A stretch of 64,000 nucleotides of DNA. Source: Longimicrobiales bacterium (lineage in GTDB: Bacteria > Gemmatimonadota > Gemmatimonadetes > Longimicrobiales > Gaopeijiaceae). Position 1 is the stretch's first letter, and every line of letters begins with the position of its first letter. The stretch lies in the NCBI GenBank assembly GCA_965219445.1, contig CBDCNQ010000005.1, positions 800,001 to 864,000 on the forward strand. Direction: 5' to 3'. Of the stretch, positions 8,809 to 18,461 are shown piece by piece. The translations under genes and the position numbers were made by a program. The notes under the pieces were generated by a model. That model made no database searches. It was not told where the DNA came from and saw only the letters and a program-made list of their open reading frames with translations.

Positions 8809-11282
8809 CTAGTTGTACACGTACGAAACGATGAACACCAGCTGACGAGGCGCGGCGGGATTTACCGAGTCGGCGTTCGAGCCCCCCGAGGTAAAGTACC
8901 TTTCGTCGAACACGTTGTGGCCAGAGAGCGTGAACCGCACAGGCTCCGACGACCAGGATATGCTGCCATCGAACAGCGTATAGGAGTCCAGAAGGAGAGC
9001 GTTGTTCTGGTCGGAGAAACGGTCACCGACGTACTTGAAGCCCAGGGTGAACCCTAAGTTGTCGGTCGGCTCGTAGATGCCACCCAAATTGTAGATCCTG
9101 TCCGGAACGGCCGGCAGCCGGTTTCCGGTCAGCACGACATCGGGCTCGGATTCTTCTTGGATGACGAACTCGCCGAAGCGGTTTTGATAGAAAGCCACGT
9201 TGCCGTGGAAGCTGAGGTTCGGCATGGGCGCCCAGGCCGCCGCCAGCTCCAGCCCCTCGAAGTCCTGCTTTCCGGCGTTGCTGTCCCGAAAAAACGGCCC
9301 CTTTTGCGTGCTCACGACGATCCCGTCTCGTTCCATCTGGAAGTAGGTGGCTTGCAAGCTGGCCCGGCCGTCCGCGAACGAGCTCTTCAGACCCACTTCA
9401 TAGTTGGTGATATCCTCAGGCTCCAGATTAGAGTCTTCACCGGGGGGATTGAGTCCCGAGGGACTTCTGGGAGGTTTGAAGGCCTCGGAGTAAGCGACGT
9501 AGAAGTTCAGGTTGACCCTGCCCAACGACTCCGTCTCGGTCTCGTCCAAAAGTTCGTACAAGGCGCTGAACTTCGGGCTGAACGCATCGAACGTCTCTTC
9601 GCTCTTGGGCCGACCCGCCCTGAAGGTCTCCCGGTTCTTGAGGTCGAGTCGATCGAAGCGGCCGGCGGCGGTCAACCGAATTCGAGGCAGGGGTGCGATC
9701 TGGTACTGGTAGTAGGCGCTGTATGTCCGAAGGCGGTACCGATCTCCTCCGAACTCGAAGAACTCCCAATCGGTCCGTGGCGGCGGCGTGGGGTCGAGAA
9801 AGTCGATGGGCATCCCGAAGGTCCCCGCATCCGTGAAGATGAGATCGCCGCGCCTGAAGCCCGTATTCGACTCGAAGGACGCCCCCACGAGCAGCTCATG
9901 GTCGACGTTCTCCACCGCCGGCTGAAACGCGAAGCGGGCTTCCTCGTAGAAGATCTCCTCGTCGGACTGGAGCGAGAAGGGATACATGGTGAGCGTGCCG
10001 GCAGCGAGATCGAACGGTGCCCCGATGATGTCGCCCGATTCCTCGAACTTGTACTGGATGTCCCGAAAAGAGGCGGTGTTCGTAAAAGAGATCGCACCGC
10101 CGAGGTCTCGGGTGTAATGCGCGGTCAGCCGCAGCTCCTCCTGGTGATAGTTGGCAGTCGGCAGGTTGATGTTGGCGAGCAGGTCGAACCGCGGCTCGAT
10201 GTCGCTGAGCAGTTCGCCATTGACCACCGGCACGCTGGTGGGTAGCGAATTGTCCGACGTGACGCTGTTGACCGAGATCCACGCTTCCGACCTGTCGTCC
10301 GGCGCGATCGTGAACTTGGCGAAGACCGAAGTCTCGTCGACGTCATAGGCGGAGTCTCCCGAGTAAAATCCGTCGCTCTCACTCGAGGACCAGGACAGGA
10401 AGTAACCAGCTCGATCCCGGAGTGGCCCCGACGCGCTGACTGCGCCCCGAATATGGCCGAAGTCTCCGGCCTGTAGCTCCGCGCTGAGTCGGGGCTGAGC
10501 GGTGGGCTGAGCGGTGATGACGTTGATCGCCCCGCCGAGGGCGGTCCGCCCATAGAGCGCCGAGTTGGGGCCGTTAACGACTTCTACGGCATCGGCGTGA
10601 TCGATGGGGAGGTTGATGACTCGGGCGCTGTTCCTGGAATCTGTCTGAGGTACGCCGTCGATGAGCAGCAGGGTGGTCTCGAACTCGTTCCCCTCCCGTG
10701 GCATTCCTCGGAGTTCGATCGATTCGAATGCGTTGGCCTGGGCGGTGTGCATGAGGCCGGGCGCACTCTCGAGAGCATCCACGAGCTCGACATCACCGCG
10801 CGCTTCGACGTCCTCGCGGTCGACTACGGTAATCAGCGCCGCGACCTCCGCCGAGCTCTGGGCCGTCTTCATCGCGGTCACGATGAGTCGTTCCACAACC
10901 AGAGGCTCACTCTCCATGGTGATGGCGACACGCGTCTCGGAATCGAGGGCAACCGCCACCCCCTCAGTGGCAACGGGCAGATATCCCAGCGCGGTCACCA
11001 GAAGCTCGCGAGGTCCCGGAGCCAGGTTCGCGATCCTGTGAGGTGCCCACTGGCGTTCGTCGTCACCGCGCGGTCGGTCCCGGAAACGATAACGAGGGCC
11101 TGAGCGATAGGCTGTAGGGATCCTCGCTCGGAGACCGTACCGATGATGACACCTTGTGCGGTCTGTTGCTGCGGTGACGGCCGAGCGGCCAGCCCGACGG
11201 GGTTGCCAACGGCGAGCACGACCAGCGAGAGCAGCGTTCGGATGACGGACACGGAGGTGAGATCACGTCGATCGAGAGCCAT
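8809..11282 (-). pseudogene. TonB-dependent receptor split by one frameshift near 11040-11050 (true lesion or sequencing error)
   Basis: N-terminal signal and carboxypeptidase-regulatory-like domain (10995-11282) continue in a shifted frame as HRIANLAPGPRELLVTALGY, then plug motifs (LLLIDGVP, VEVVNGPNSALYGRTALGGAINVIT) and a barrel (YEVGLK, HNVFDERY). Confidence 0.85.
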
Positions 11283-11510
11283 GTACTTCTCCCAGCGCTT
11301 CAGAGGTGGCTTTGCCTGCGAGTTGGGCGGGAGGGCCTCACGCGTTCATACGCCCCTCAGCGCTCGAAGGGCGGCCGTTTCGGCTTCTAACGGCTCGATC
11401 GACCCGAACATGGACGCCGCGATGGATCACTGTCAACCGAGCGATGACGGGGATCCGCCTTGCCTCGGTACCACCCCCGGGCTCACTGTGCCACTCGCAG
11501 ACGTGGCCGT

Positions 11511-11525
11511 TGAGCATGATTCTAG
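11511..11525. promoter_or_regulatory. Possible Fur-like box between divergent TonB receptor and PepSY-TM genes
   Basis: TGAGCATGATTCTAG resembles the TGAGAATnATTCTCA type of Fur site and the flanking genes are iron-uptake-type; weak match. Confidence 0.3.
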
Positions 11526-11546
11526 AAAGGGAGGGATGAGGATCGC

Positions 11547-13088
11547 ATGATGGCTCAGCTCCGGAAGTGGTTGATCCTCTCACATCGGTACTTGGGCATT
11601 GCCCTCGGGCTACTGTTCGTGGTCTGGTTCGCCTCCGGGATCGGCATGATCTACGCGAGGGGGATGCCGAGCCTGACGGATGAACTGCGGTTGGAGCGAC
11701 TGGAGCCGCTGGATTTTGAATCCGTCCGGGTGAGGCCGGGAGAAGCCGCCGAACAGGCGGGGCTCAGCGATCCGCTGGAGGGAGTCACACTCCTCATGGT
11801 CATGGATCGGCCGGCCTACCGATTAAATGGGAGCTCGGCGACGGTCTTTGCCGACACGGGAGAGTTGATGCGGGGGGTGGGTCCCGATCAGGCGCGCGAG
11901 GTGGCGGGTCGATTCATGGACGTTGCCCCGGAGCGGGTCCGCTACGAGACGCTTCTGACGCAGTCCGACCAGTGGACCATCACACAGCGCGGACAGCTCC
12001 CGTTTCACAAGCTGATCATCGACGACGAGGCTAGTACCCAGCTTTACGTGTCGCCGGAGTCAGGAGAAGTGACGCTTCTGACCACGCAGGCCAGCCGAGC
12101 GCTCGCCTGGGTCGCGGCGATCCCTCACTGGCTCTACTTCACCCCGTTGCGCGTCCGGCAGGACCTGTGGACAAAGACCATTCTCTGGACGGCGGGGCTC
12201 GGCTGCGTTCTCGTGACACTGGGAATCACACTGGGGATCCTTCAGTTCAAGTTCACACCACCGTTCCGACTGTCGCGGATCGGCTCCTATATCCCCTATA
12301 CGGGGTGGATGCGGTGGCATTACATCACGGGAGTGGTGTTTGGCATTCTCACTCTGACGTGGGTCTTCAGTGGCCTGCTGTCGATGGAGCCGTTCGGTTG
12401 GGCGTCTGGAGAAGGGCTGAGGACCGTGGAGCTACGGCAAGCCCTCGTCGGTGGACCACTCGATGCCTCCGCCTTTCCGCAGATCGACGTTGACGCTTGG
12501 GATGCGCTCCTGCCGGGCCGGAGCATCAAGGAGATCACCTACAGCAGGATCTTGGGAGAGCCGTACTTCATGGTCCGGAGCACACCGACCGGAACTGCGG
12601 GGACAACGCCGGTCCGGGCTGATCACGAACCAGCGCTGGTCGCAGCCAAAACCCTCGGCGTGCGAACGGAGCCGTTCGCGATGGAGTCCTTGATGGGCCG
12701 GGTGCGTGAGACGTATCCGGATACTCCGATGGTCGAGGCCCGCCTCCTCGAAGAGTACGACGCCTATCACTACTCGAGAGACCAGCAGGCGCCGTTGCCG
12801 ATCCTGCGGGTCCAGTTCGACGACCCGGACAAGACCTGGCTCTACATCGATCCCGCCAACGGCCAACTATCGAGGAGCCTCCACCGTCTCGATCGGGTCG
12901 AACGCTGGATCTACCACGGCTTTCACAGCCTGGACTTCGGCTTCTGGTACTACAACCGCCCCATCTGGGACATCGGTGTCATCGTGCTCAGCCTGGGCGG
13001 GCTGGCTTCGAGCGCGATCGGGCTGTTTCTCGGGACGCGAAGGCTGTGGCGCGGGCGGAGGTCGGATTTCAGGACCGCCGGTTCCTAG
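11547..13088 (+). CDS. PepSY-associated TM helix domain protein
   Basis: HRYLG, IPHWLYF, WHYITG and YHGFHSLDF His-containing TM motifs with periplasmic PepSY-like segments. Confidence 0.82.
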   Translation: MMAQLRKWLILSHRYLGIALGLLFVVWFASGIGMIYARGMPSLTDELRLERLEPLDFESVRVRPGEAAEQAGLSDPLEGVTLLMVMDRPAYRLNGSSATVFADTGELMRGVGPDQAREVAGRFMDVAPERVRYETLLTQSDQWTITQRGQLPFHKLIIDDEASTQLYVSPESGEVTLLTTQASRALAWVAAIPHWLYFTPLRVRQDLWTKTILWTAGLGCVLVTLGITLGILQFKFTPPFRLSRIGSYIPYTGWMRWHYITGVVFGILTLTWVFSGLLSMEPFGWASGEGLRTVELRQALVGGPLDASAFPQIDVDAWDALLPGRSIKEITYSRILGEPYFMVRSTPTGTAGTTPVRADHEPALVAAKTLGVRTEPFAMESLMGRVRETYPDTPMVEARLLEEYDAYHYSRDQQAPLPILRVQFDDPDKTWLYIDPANGQLSRSLHRLDRVERWIYHGFHSLDFGFWYYNRPIWDIGVIVLSLGGLASSAIGLFLGTRRLWRGRRSDFRTAGS

Positions 13089-13273
13089 CCGGCCGACGCC
13101 TCTTCCTTGAACACCATGACCATGGCCATGGCCATGAGCGCGAGGTTGGTGCACGCTCTGGAGAAGGCCTCGGCACCGATCCCCAGGATCGTGCCGGCGA
13201 AAGCACCGCCTATTACCGCAAGAACGAACGTGAGGAGGGCGAGGAGGACGATCAGCTTTGCGATACCCGGCAT
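13085..13273 (-). CDS. Small two-TM membrane protein (62 aa)
   Basis: AACAGGAG RBS upstream of ATG 13273; MPGIAKLIVLLALLTFVLAVIGG...EAFSRACTNLALMAMAMVMVF. Confidence 0.65.
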   Translation of the reverse strand: MPGIAKLIVLLALLTFVLAVIGGAFAGTILGIGAEAFSRACTNLALMAMAMVMVFKEEASAG

Positions 13274-13515
13274 CTTGCATCTCCTGTTGAGAGTTGCGTG
13301 ACGACGTCGCTCAGGCAGCGGGACGCCGACCACATGATACGTATCGGCGCGGGGGAGGGCCAACGGACGAAGCCCGCCCCACCCAGATTCGGAGGATCGG
13401 ATTCCTCCCCAGTGCTTTGCAGCCGGACCGAAAGAGATCTATTCTAGGCGTTGGTGGACTTACCCAATTGGTTTAGCCGAGCCCCGCTGACCTGGCCGTA
13501 CTCGAGAGCGGAAGG

Positions 13516-13965
13516 ATGAGAATGCGCTTATCACCGTTGGTACTACTAGTCGTTGCCGCTCTCGCACAAGCACTTCCGGCACAGCAGCCCGTACCCGATT
13601 CGGGTGGCGGCCCGCAGCCGGTCGGAACTATGAGCGAGCTCATGGTTCACCTCATCTATCCGACTTCGGACGCCATCTTCTACATCCTCACGCGAACCCC
13701 AACCAGCACGGCCGAATGGAGCACACTCGAGGGCCAAGCCCTCATGGTGGCGGAGTCGGCCAACCTGCTGATGATGCCGAGCCGAGCCCGCGGACGCGAG
13801 CAGTGGATCGAGGACGCCAGGCTGTTGCTCGATGCCGGTGAGGCGGCGTTGAGGGCGGCACAAGACAGGGATGTCGAAGCGCTCAGCGAGCTGAACGAGC
13901 AACTCTATCAGTCGTGCATCACCTGTCACCAGCACTTTCGGCCCAGCTATGGAAGGCAACCGTAA
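13516..13965 (+). CDS. Secreted class II (cytochrome c'-like) monoheme cytochrome c, copy 1
   Basis: Signal peptide, helical body, C-terminal CITCH; AESANLLMM shared with its neighbours. Confidence 0.75.
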   Translation: MRMRLSPLVLLVVAALAQALPAQQPVPDSGGGPQPVGTMSELMVHLIYPTSDAIFYILTRTPTSTAEWSTLEGQALMVAESANLLMMPSRARGREQWIEDARLLLDAGEAALRAAQDRDVEALSELNEQLYQSCITCHQHFRPSYGRQP

Positions 13966-14033
13966 TCGTCGCAATTCCCTGCTGGAGCCTCGGTCGGGTG
14001 CGAAGTGGCGCGATGCCAATTAGGTTCCCGCTC

Positions 14034-14501
14034 ATGAACTCGAAAAAATACCATTGGCTCCTCGTGCCCGTCTTCCTATATGGCTGCGCGCCCGACGCCG
14101 AGCAGCCCTTCACAGAGGTCGCGAATCTCCTAGACCTGATGATTACGGTCGTTGAGCCGGCGGCCGAGGTCTACTGGGACGCGGTGGGGTGGATTGTCGA
14201 CGAGAGCGGCACGACCGAAATCCGCCCTAGCTCCCCAGAGGAGTGGGAGGGTGTGCGTAACGCCGCTTACCAGGTCGCCGAGTCCGGCAACCTCATGATG
14301 ATGGGGGATCGCGCGGTGGACGAGGCGGCGTGGATCGCATTTTCGCAGGCGATGATCAGCGTGGGGCGTCGGGCGATCGAGGCTGCAGAGGCCCAAGACG
14401 AACAGGGCGTTTTCGACGTAGGTGCCGAGATCTATGGGGTCTGTAACGGGTGCCACGCGATCTACGCGAGCGAGACGCTCCGGCCGAGCGCGGACCCATA
14501 A
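14034..14501 (+). CDS. Cytochrome c'-like lipoprotein, copy 2
   Basis: Start reassigned to MNSKKYHW; lipobox LYGC; AESGNLMMM; C-terminal CNGCH. Confidence 0.72.
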   Translation: MNSKKYHWLLVPVFLYGCAPDAEQPFTEVANLLDLMITVVEPAAEVYWDAVGWIVDESGTTEIRPSSPEEWEGVRNAAYQVAESGNLMMMGDRAVDEAAWIAFSQAMISVGRRAIEAAEAQDEQGVFDVGAEIYGVCNGCHAIYASETLRPSADP

Positions 14502-14599
14502 GCTCGAGTCGTCGAGCGACTATTGACAACCACCGACGCCGCCGGTTTGTTGGAGGCGTTCCAACGCCTTCTCACTATGTCTTCGTCGAAAGGTGTGCT

Positions 14600-15106
14600 A
14601 TGCGATTCGTCGGCCCCGCTCTTGTAGTGTTGGTCGTCGCGTGCGCGAGCGCGGGCACGGCAGGGCTGCCCGCTCCCGAACCCATGGGCACCCTTGCGCA
14701 GGTGATGCGGGGCATCCTGTTCACGAACTCCAACATCCTGTTCGACGTCCAGTCGATCGATCCCGACAATCCGCCGCCAGTGGCCGCGGGGGGAGGCGCC
14801 ACGGCGACCTTCGCGGGCATCTACTCGGGGTGGCAGGTGGTCGAGAACGCGGCGATCGCCTTGGGCGAGGCGGCCAACCTCATCACGATTCCCGGACGCT
14901 TGTGCGAGAACGGTCGACCGGTGCCGTTGGGACAGGCCGATTGGGCCGTGTTCACCGAGGGGCTGAAGGACGCGGCCGACGTCATGCTGGTCGCGGCCAG
15001 GGCCAGGGATCGAGAAGCCGCGAGTGACGCCACCAACAACGTCGCAGACGCGTGTTATTTCTGCCACGAGGTGTATCGCGATGCGGAACCACGCTGCACG
15101 CCATGA
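14600..15106 (+). CDS. Cytochrome c'-like lipoprotein, copy 3
   Basis: AAGG RBS; lipobox VVAC; GEAANLITIPGRLCENG; C-terminal CYFCH plus extra Cys residues. Confidence 0.75.
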   Translation: MRFVGPALVVLVVACASAGTAGLPAPEPMGTLAQVMRGILFTNSNILFDVQSIDPDNPPPVAAGGGATATFAGIYSGWQVVENAAIALGEAANLITIPGRLCENGRPVPLGQADWAVFTEGLKDAADVMLVAARARDREAASDATNNVADACYFCHEVYRDAEPRCTP

Positions 15107-15193
15107 CCGTTTGCCAAACGTCTGACATCAGCGCCTGGTAGTCGGTGCCCGAACCGGCGGCGCTTGGCCACACCTCGCCTTGTGGATGAGCCC

Positions 15194-15694
15194 ATGAGTC
15201 TGCGTAGCTGGTTCGAGTGGGTGGACGCATTCCCAAGCAGCATCGCCATGCGCGAGTCGCTCTACGCCTTCCCGGTCTTGCTGACGATCCACCTCGTCTC
15301 GCTGGCGATGTTCGCCGGGCTCGTGGTGATGATGGACCTACGCCTCGTCGGCGTGGCGTACCGAGGCACTCCCTTCTCTGAGGTCCAGGCGCGGCTCTTT
15401 CCGTGGCAGATGGTGGGTATGGCGGTGACCTCCCTCGCCGGACTTCTGCTCCTCTACATGCAGCCGATGCGTTACTTCGGGAAGGTGCTCTACTGGATCA
15501 AGATCGCGTTGATCGTGCTGGCTGGCGCGAACGCACTCCTCTTTCACTTGACGACCTATCGCTCGGTCGCCAAGTGGGATACCGCCGGCCCGCCTCGCAG
15601 AGCGAAGGTGGCGGGCGTGCTGTCCCTGGCCATGTGGGCCTGTATCGTGGCCTTCGGCCGATTGACGGCCTACGACTGGTGGACCTACGAGTAG
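15194..15694 (+). CDS. DUF6644-like four-TM membrane protein, copy 1
   Basis: AMRESLYAFP..LTIHLV...MDLRLVG; YWIKIALIVLAGAN; AGVLSLAMW...GRL. Confidence 0.72.
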   Translation: MSLRSWFEWVDAFPSSIAMRESLYAFPVLLTIHLVSLAMFAGLVVMMDLRLVGVAYRGTPFSEVQARLFPWQMVGMAVTSLAGLLLLYMQPMRYFGKVLYWIKIALIVLAGANALLFHLTTYRSVAKWDTAGPPRRAKVAGVLSLAMWACIVAFGRLTAYDWWTYE

Positions 15695-15706
15695 GCCTCC
15701 GATCTC

Positions 15707-16183
15707 ATGCTACTACCTTTCTTCGAATGGTTGGATGGCCTCCGGGTCGGCGACTGGATCAGCACTTCATCATATGCTGCGCCGCTGATCAACGTGATGC
15801 ACATTCTGGCGCTGGTCATCCTGTTCGGCTCGCTGCTCATCGTCGACGTGCGACTGCTCGGCCGCGGGATGACGCAGCAGCCGGTGGCGAGAGTCGCGCG
15901 AGATGCGCGTCCGTGGCTGATCGGAGCACTCATCTGCATGCTGCTCACCGGCATTCCGCAGGTCCTGTCCCTCCCCATCAGAGAGTATTACAGCCCGTTC
16001 TTCTGGATGAAGATGCGGCTCCTTCTGGTCACGTTGATCTTCACCTTCACGCTCCGACACAAGGTGACCATGGCGGACGAGGCGAGGGTGGGGCCGGTCT
16101 GGGGCAAGGTCGTGGGGCTCGTGTCCATAGCCCTCTGGACGTGGATAGCCGTGGAAGGGCGCCTGATCGGACTGCTCTCGTAA
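15707..16183 (+). CDS. DUF6644-like four-TM membrane protein, copy 2
   Basis: APLINVMHILAL...VDVRLLG; FFWMKM; VGLVSIALW...GRLIG; paralogous to the upstream gene. Confidence 0.72.
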   Translation: MLLPFFEWLDGLRVGDWISTSSYAAPLINVMHILALVILFGSLLIVDVRLLGRGMTQQPVARVARDARPWLIGALICMLLTGIPQVLSLPIREYYSPFFWMKMRLLLVTLIFTFTLRHKVTMADEARVGPVWGKVVGLVSIALWTWIAVEGRLIGLLS

Positions 16184-16200
16184 CGGGTTGCGGAGGACAC

Positions 16201-16416
16201 ATGCCGGAGGGATCTGTGGAAGACAGCGGCCTCAACGAGCCCCAGGGGGAGGGGGTGAAGGGCGAACTCGCGGGGAAGGCGGGAGAAAGACCTTTCAGCC
16301 GCCTCGCTCTGGTGTTCGGAGTGGGGTTCGCGGTCATTTTTCTCGCATGGACGATCATGCGGACGATCTCGGAGGGATTCGGCTGGCCGTATTATGGCTG
16401 GCCGTACTCACCGTGA
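16201..16416 (+). CDS. Small single-TM protein (71 aa)
   Basis: GGAGG RBS at 16192; TM helix followed by aromatic tail GFGWPYYGWPYSP. Confidence 0.55.
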   Translation: MPEGSVEDSGLNEPQGEGVKGELAGKAGERPFSRLALVFGVGFAVIFLAWTIMRTISEGFGWPYYGWPYSP

Positions 16417-16467
16417 CCTGAGCCGTCAAAGCCACGTTGATCCACCGGGCGACGGGTCGACGCTAGG

Positions 16468-16600
16468 TTAGTTGACGGGGCCGAGGTACTGGTCGAACCA
16501 CGCGAGCGTCTCACGGATTCCGAACTCCCTCGGTAGAGCTCCGTGTCTCCAGGACCCGATAGATCAGGCCTCCAGAGACGAGGACGAGCGCCTCGAAATG
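16468..16600 (-). pseudogene. Relic C-terminus of an alpha/beta-hydrolase-type protein
   Basis: Minus strand reads HFEALVLVSGGL, then in another frame HGALPREFGIRETLAWFDQYLGPVN*, which resembles the ETLxWxDxYLGPV terminus of hydrolase-domain proteins. Confidence 0.45.
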
Positions 16601-16753
16601 TGACGGTTTGACAGGCTGTGCAGCCGACCCGGGCCGGGAGATTCCCCACAGCTGCCCGTGGGAGCATCCCGACATCGCCACCATGATCGGCGACGCTATC
16701 GTGGAGTCGTAGGGCCGGAACACCGAAGAACCAGCCTGACCGAGGTAGTCTCG

Positions 16754-17236
16754 ATGCGAACGACACGGACAACTCTGATGATGGGCGCCCTCGCCGTTCT
16801 CCTGGTCGCGGTGCCCCTCGTGGCGCATCATACGTTCAGCGCGGAGTTCGACCGCGAGGCCCCCATTCAGCTCGAAGGCAGGGTCGTGAGGCTCGAGTGG
16901 GTAAACCCTCACACGTGGATCCACGTCGAGGTGTCGAGGATGGTCCAGGGCACGACGGAGATCGTCCCCGACGACCCGTCCGAGGAAGTGTGGAGGGTCG
17001 AGGGCGGCTCGCCGCACGCGCTCGTAAGCCGGGGGCTCAGGCGTGAGTGCCTGCCCTATGGCACGAAGCTGATCGTCAACGGCTATCAGGCCAGGAACCA
17101 CACAGTGAAGCGGGCGAACGGTCGCGACGTGGCCTTCCCCGACGGCAGCAAGTTCTTCCTCGGGTCGTCCGTTCCCGACGCCCCAAGAGACGAAGCCGAA
17201 GCCCGGGCGAACCAGAACCAGCCGGGTGGATGCTGA
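16754..17236 (+). CDS. DUF6152-like secreted protein, copy 1
   Basis: GAGG RBS; signal peptide then A|HHTFSAEFD, EWVNPHTWIHVEV, WRVEGGSP; terminal Cys. Confidence 0.8.
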   Translation: MRTTRTTLMMGALAVLLVAVPLVAHHTFSAEFDREAPIQLEGRVVRLEWVNPHTWIHVEVSRMVQGTTEIVPDDPSEEVWRVEGGSPHALVSRGLRRECLPYGTKLIVNGYQARNHTVKRANGRDVAFPDGSKFFLGSSVPDAPRDEAEARANQNQPGGC

Positions 17237-17312
17237 CGGGCCAAGAGAATCCGATCCAGCGCCGGCCGGGCCTCGAAGGCGAGGACGTAGAAGGCCCGAG
17301 GGCCTATCCTGG

Positions 17313-18341
17313 CTAGTTCTGGTTCTGGGCGTCCATGCGCTCCTGATAACGCGCACCGCTCAGTATGCCCGCAAGCGAGTAGTTCCCCTCATGACAGGCG
17401 TACTCGTAGAGCTGGACATCTACCGCCTTCATCGGTATCTCGCCCCCCCACGGCTCGGTGTACGTCGTCGGGTCGTCGATCGTGAACTCGTACAGGATGG
17501 TCTCCGGGTCGACCCTGGTGAACCGCTCGATCACCTTCAGATCCTTCGTCGGTCGAATTCCACGGAACGTATGGCGGGAATACATATTGGTCGTCTCGAC
17601 AACGAGCGTATCATCCTCCCACCGACCCCAAGAGTCGCCCATCCACGGACGTACGTGACCGGGCAACCTCGGGCCGTCGCCGATCCGGATGATCCGAGCG
17701 TCGTGGACCACCTCCGCGTGGATCACCACGTAATCCGCCGTTTGCACGATGGTGTAGTTGTTGTTGTAGGCGCCATTGGGGACCATCGGCGGGCCGACGT
17801 TCGAGCCGAACATGAGGCAGCGCACGGTCAGCGATAGATTCTCCGGGTGGTCCGCCTCGCCGAATTGGCTGTCGAACTCTTCGCGCTCCTGCCGTAGTCG
17901 CTCCCCCTCGGGCGTGAGGGGCGGCCTGCGGCCGTTCGGCGGATTCGTGATCAGCGAGCTCCTGGGCTCTCCGTTGATGACCGCCACCCGGAGACCCCGC
18001 TCGAAATAGACGTCGTTGTAACTGCCGATATCGCCGCCTGCCGGCGGCGGCGGACGGTCCGGGTCGCTCGCCTCGGCGCCGCGGATCACCTGGTCCTCGG
18101 CCCGCTGTTCCCGTCGGGCGACCTCCTCGGGGGTGAAGAGCGGCCCTCCACCCTCTGCACGTTCGAACGGAGTGACGGTCCCGTTGTTCCAGTTGCCCTG
18201 GAGGTCCGGATGGCCATCGGGTGTCCGGGGCACGACCCACTCGGTGGAGGCACCGGACGCGCTTTGGGCCGCCGACAACGAGACCGGGCCCGACACCGCG
18301 ATCGCTACACAAAGAGCTAGAAGCGAAGCACCGTAACGCAT
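17313..18341 (-). CDS. Conserved secreted hypothetical protein (PRTPDGHPDLQGNW...YEYACHEGNY family), copy A
   Basis: GAGGTGA RBS before ATG 18341; signal peptide; WMGDSWGRWEDDTLVVETTN, IERFTR, YEFTIDDP. Confidence 0.8.
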   Translation of the reverse strand: MRYGASLLALCVAIAVSGPVSLSAAQSASGASTEWVVPRTPDGHPDLQGNWNNGTVTPFERAEGGGPLFTPEEVARREQRAEDQVIRGAEASDPDRPPPPAGGDIGSYNDVYFERGLRVAVINGEPRSSLITNPPNGRRPPLTPEGERLRQEREEFDSQFGEADHPENLSLTVRCLMFGSNVGPPMVPNGAYNNNYTIVQTADYVVIHAEVVHDARIIRIGDGPRLPGHVRPWMGDSWGRWEDDTLVVETTNMYSRHTFRGIRPTKDLKVIERFTRVDPETILYEFTIDDPTTYTEPWGGEIPMKAVDVQLYEYACHEGNYSLAGILSGARYQERMDAQNQN

Positions 18342-18401
18342 GATCACCTCCCCGTTCAAAAATCTGCCCTCAACACCACCCCGGGTCATCCTAGAGATTC
18401 C

Positions 18402-18458
18402 TCAGCACCTGAGGTGAATCCACAAGTGCTGACTCACCTCGAACTGCGGATTCACCTC
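18402..18458. repeat. Overlapping inverted repeats in the intergenic region
   Basis: GAGGTGAATCC (18411-18421)/GGATTCACCTC (18448-18458); TCAGCAC (18402-18408)/GTGCTGA (18426-18432); extra TCACCTC at 18434-18440. Confidence 0.7.
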
Positions 18459-18461
18459 CGC

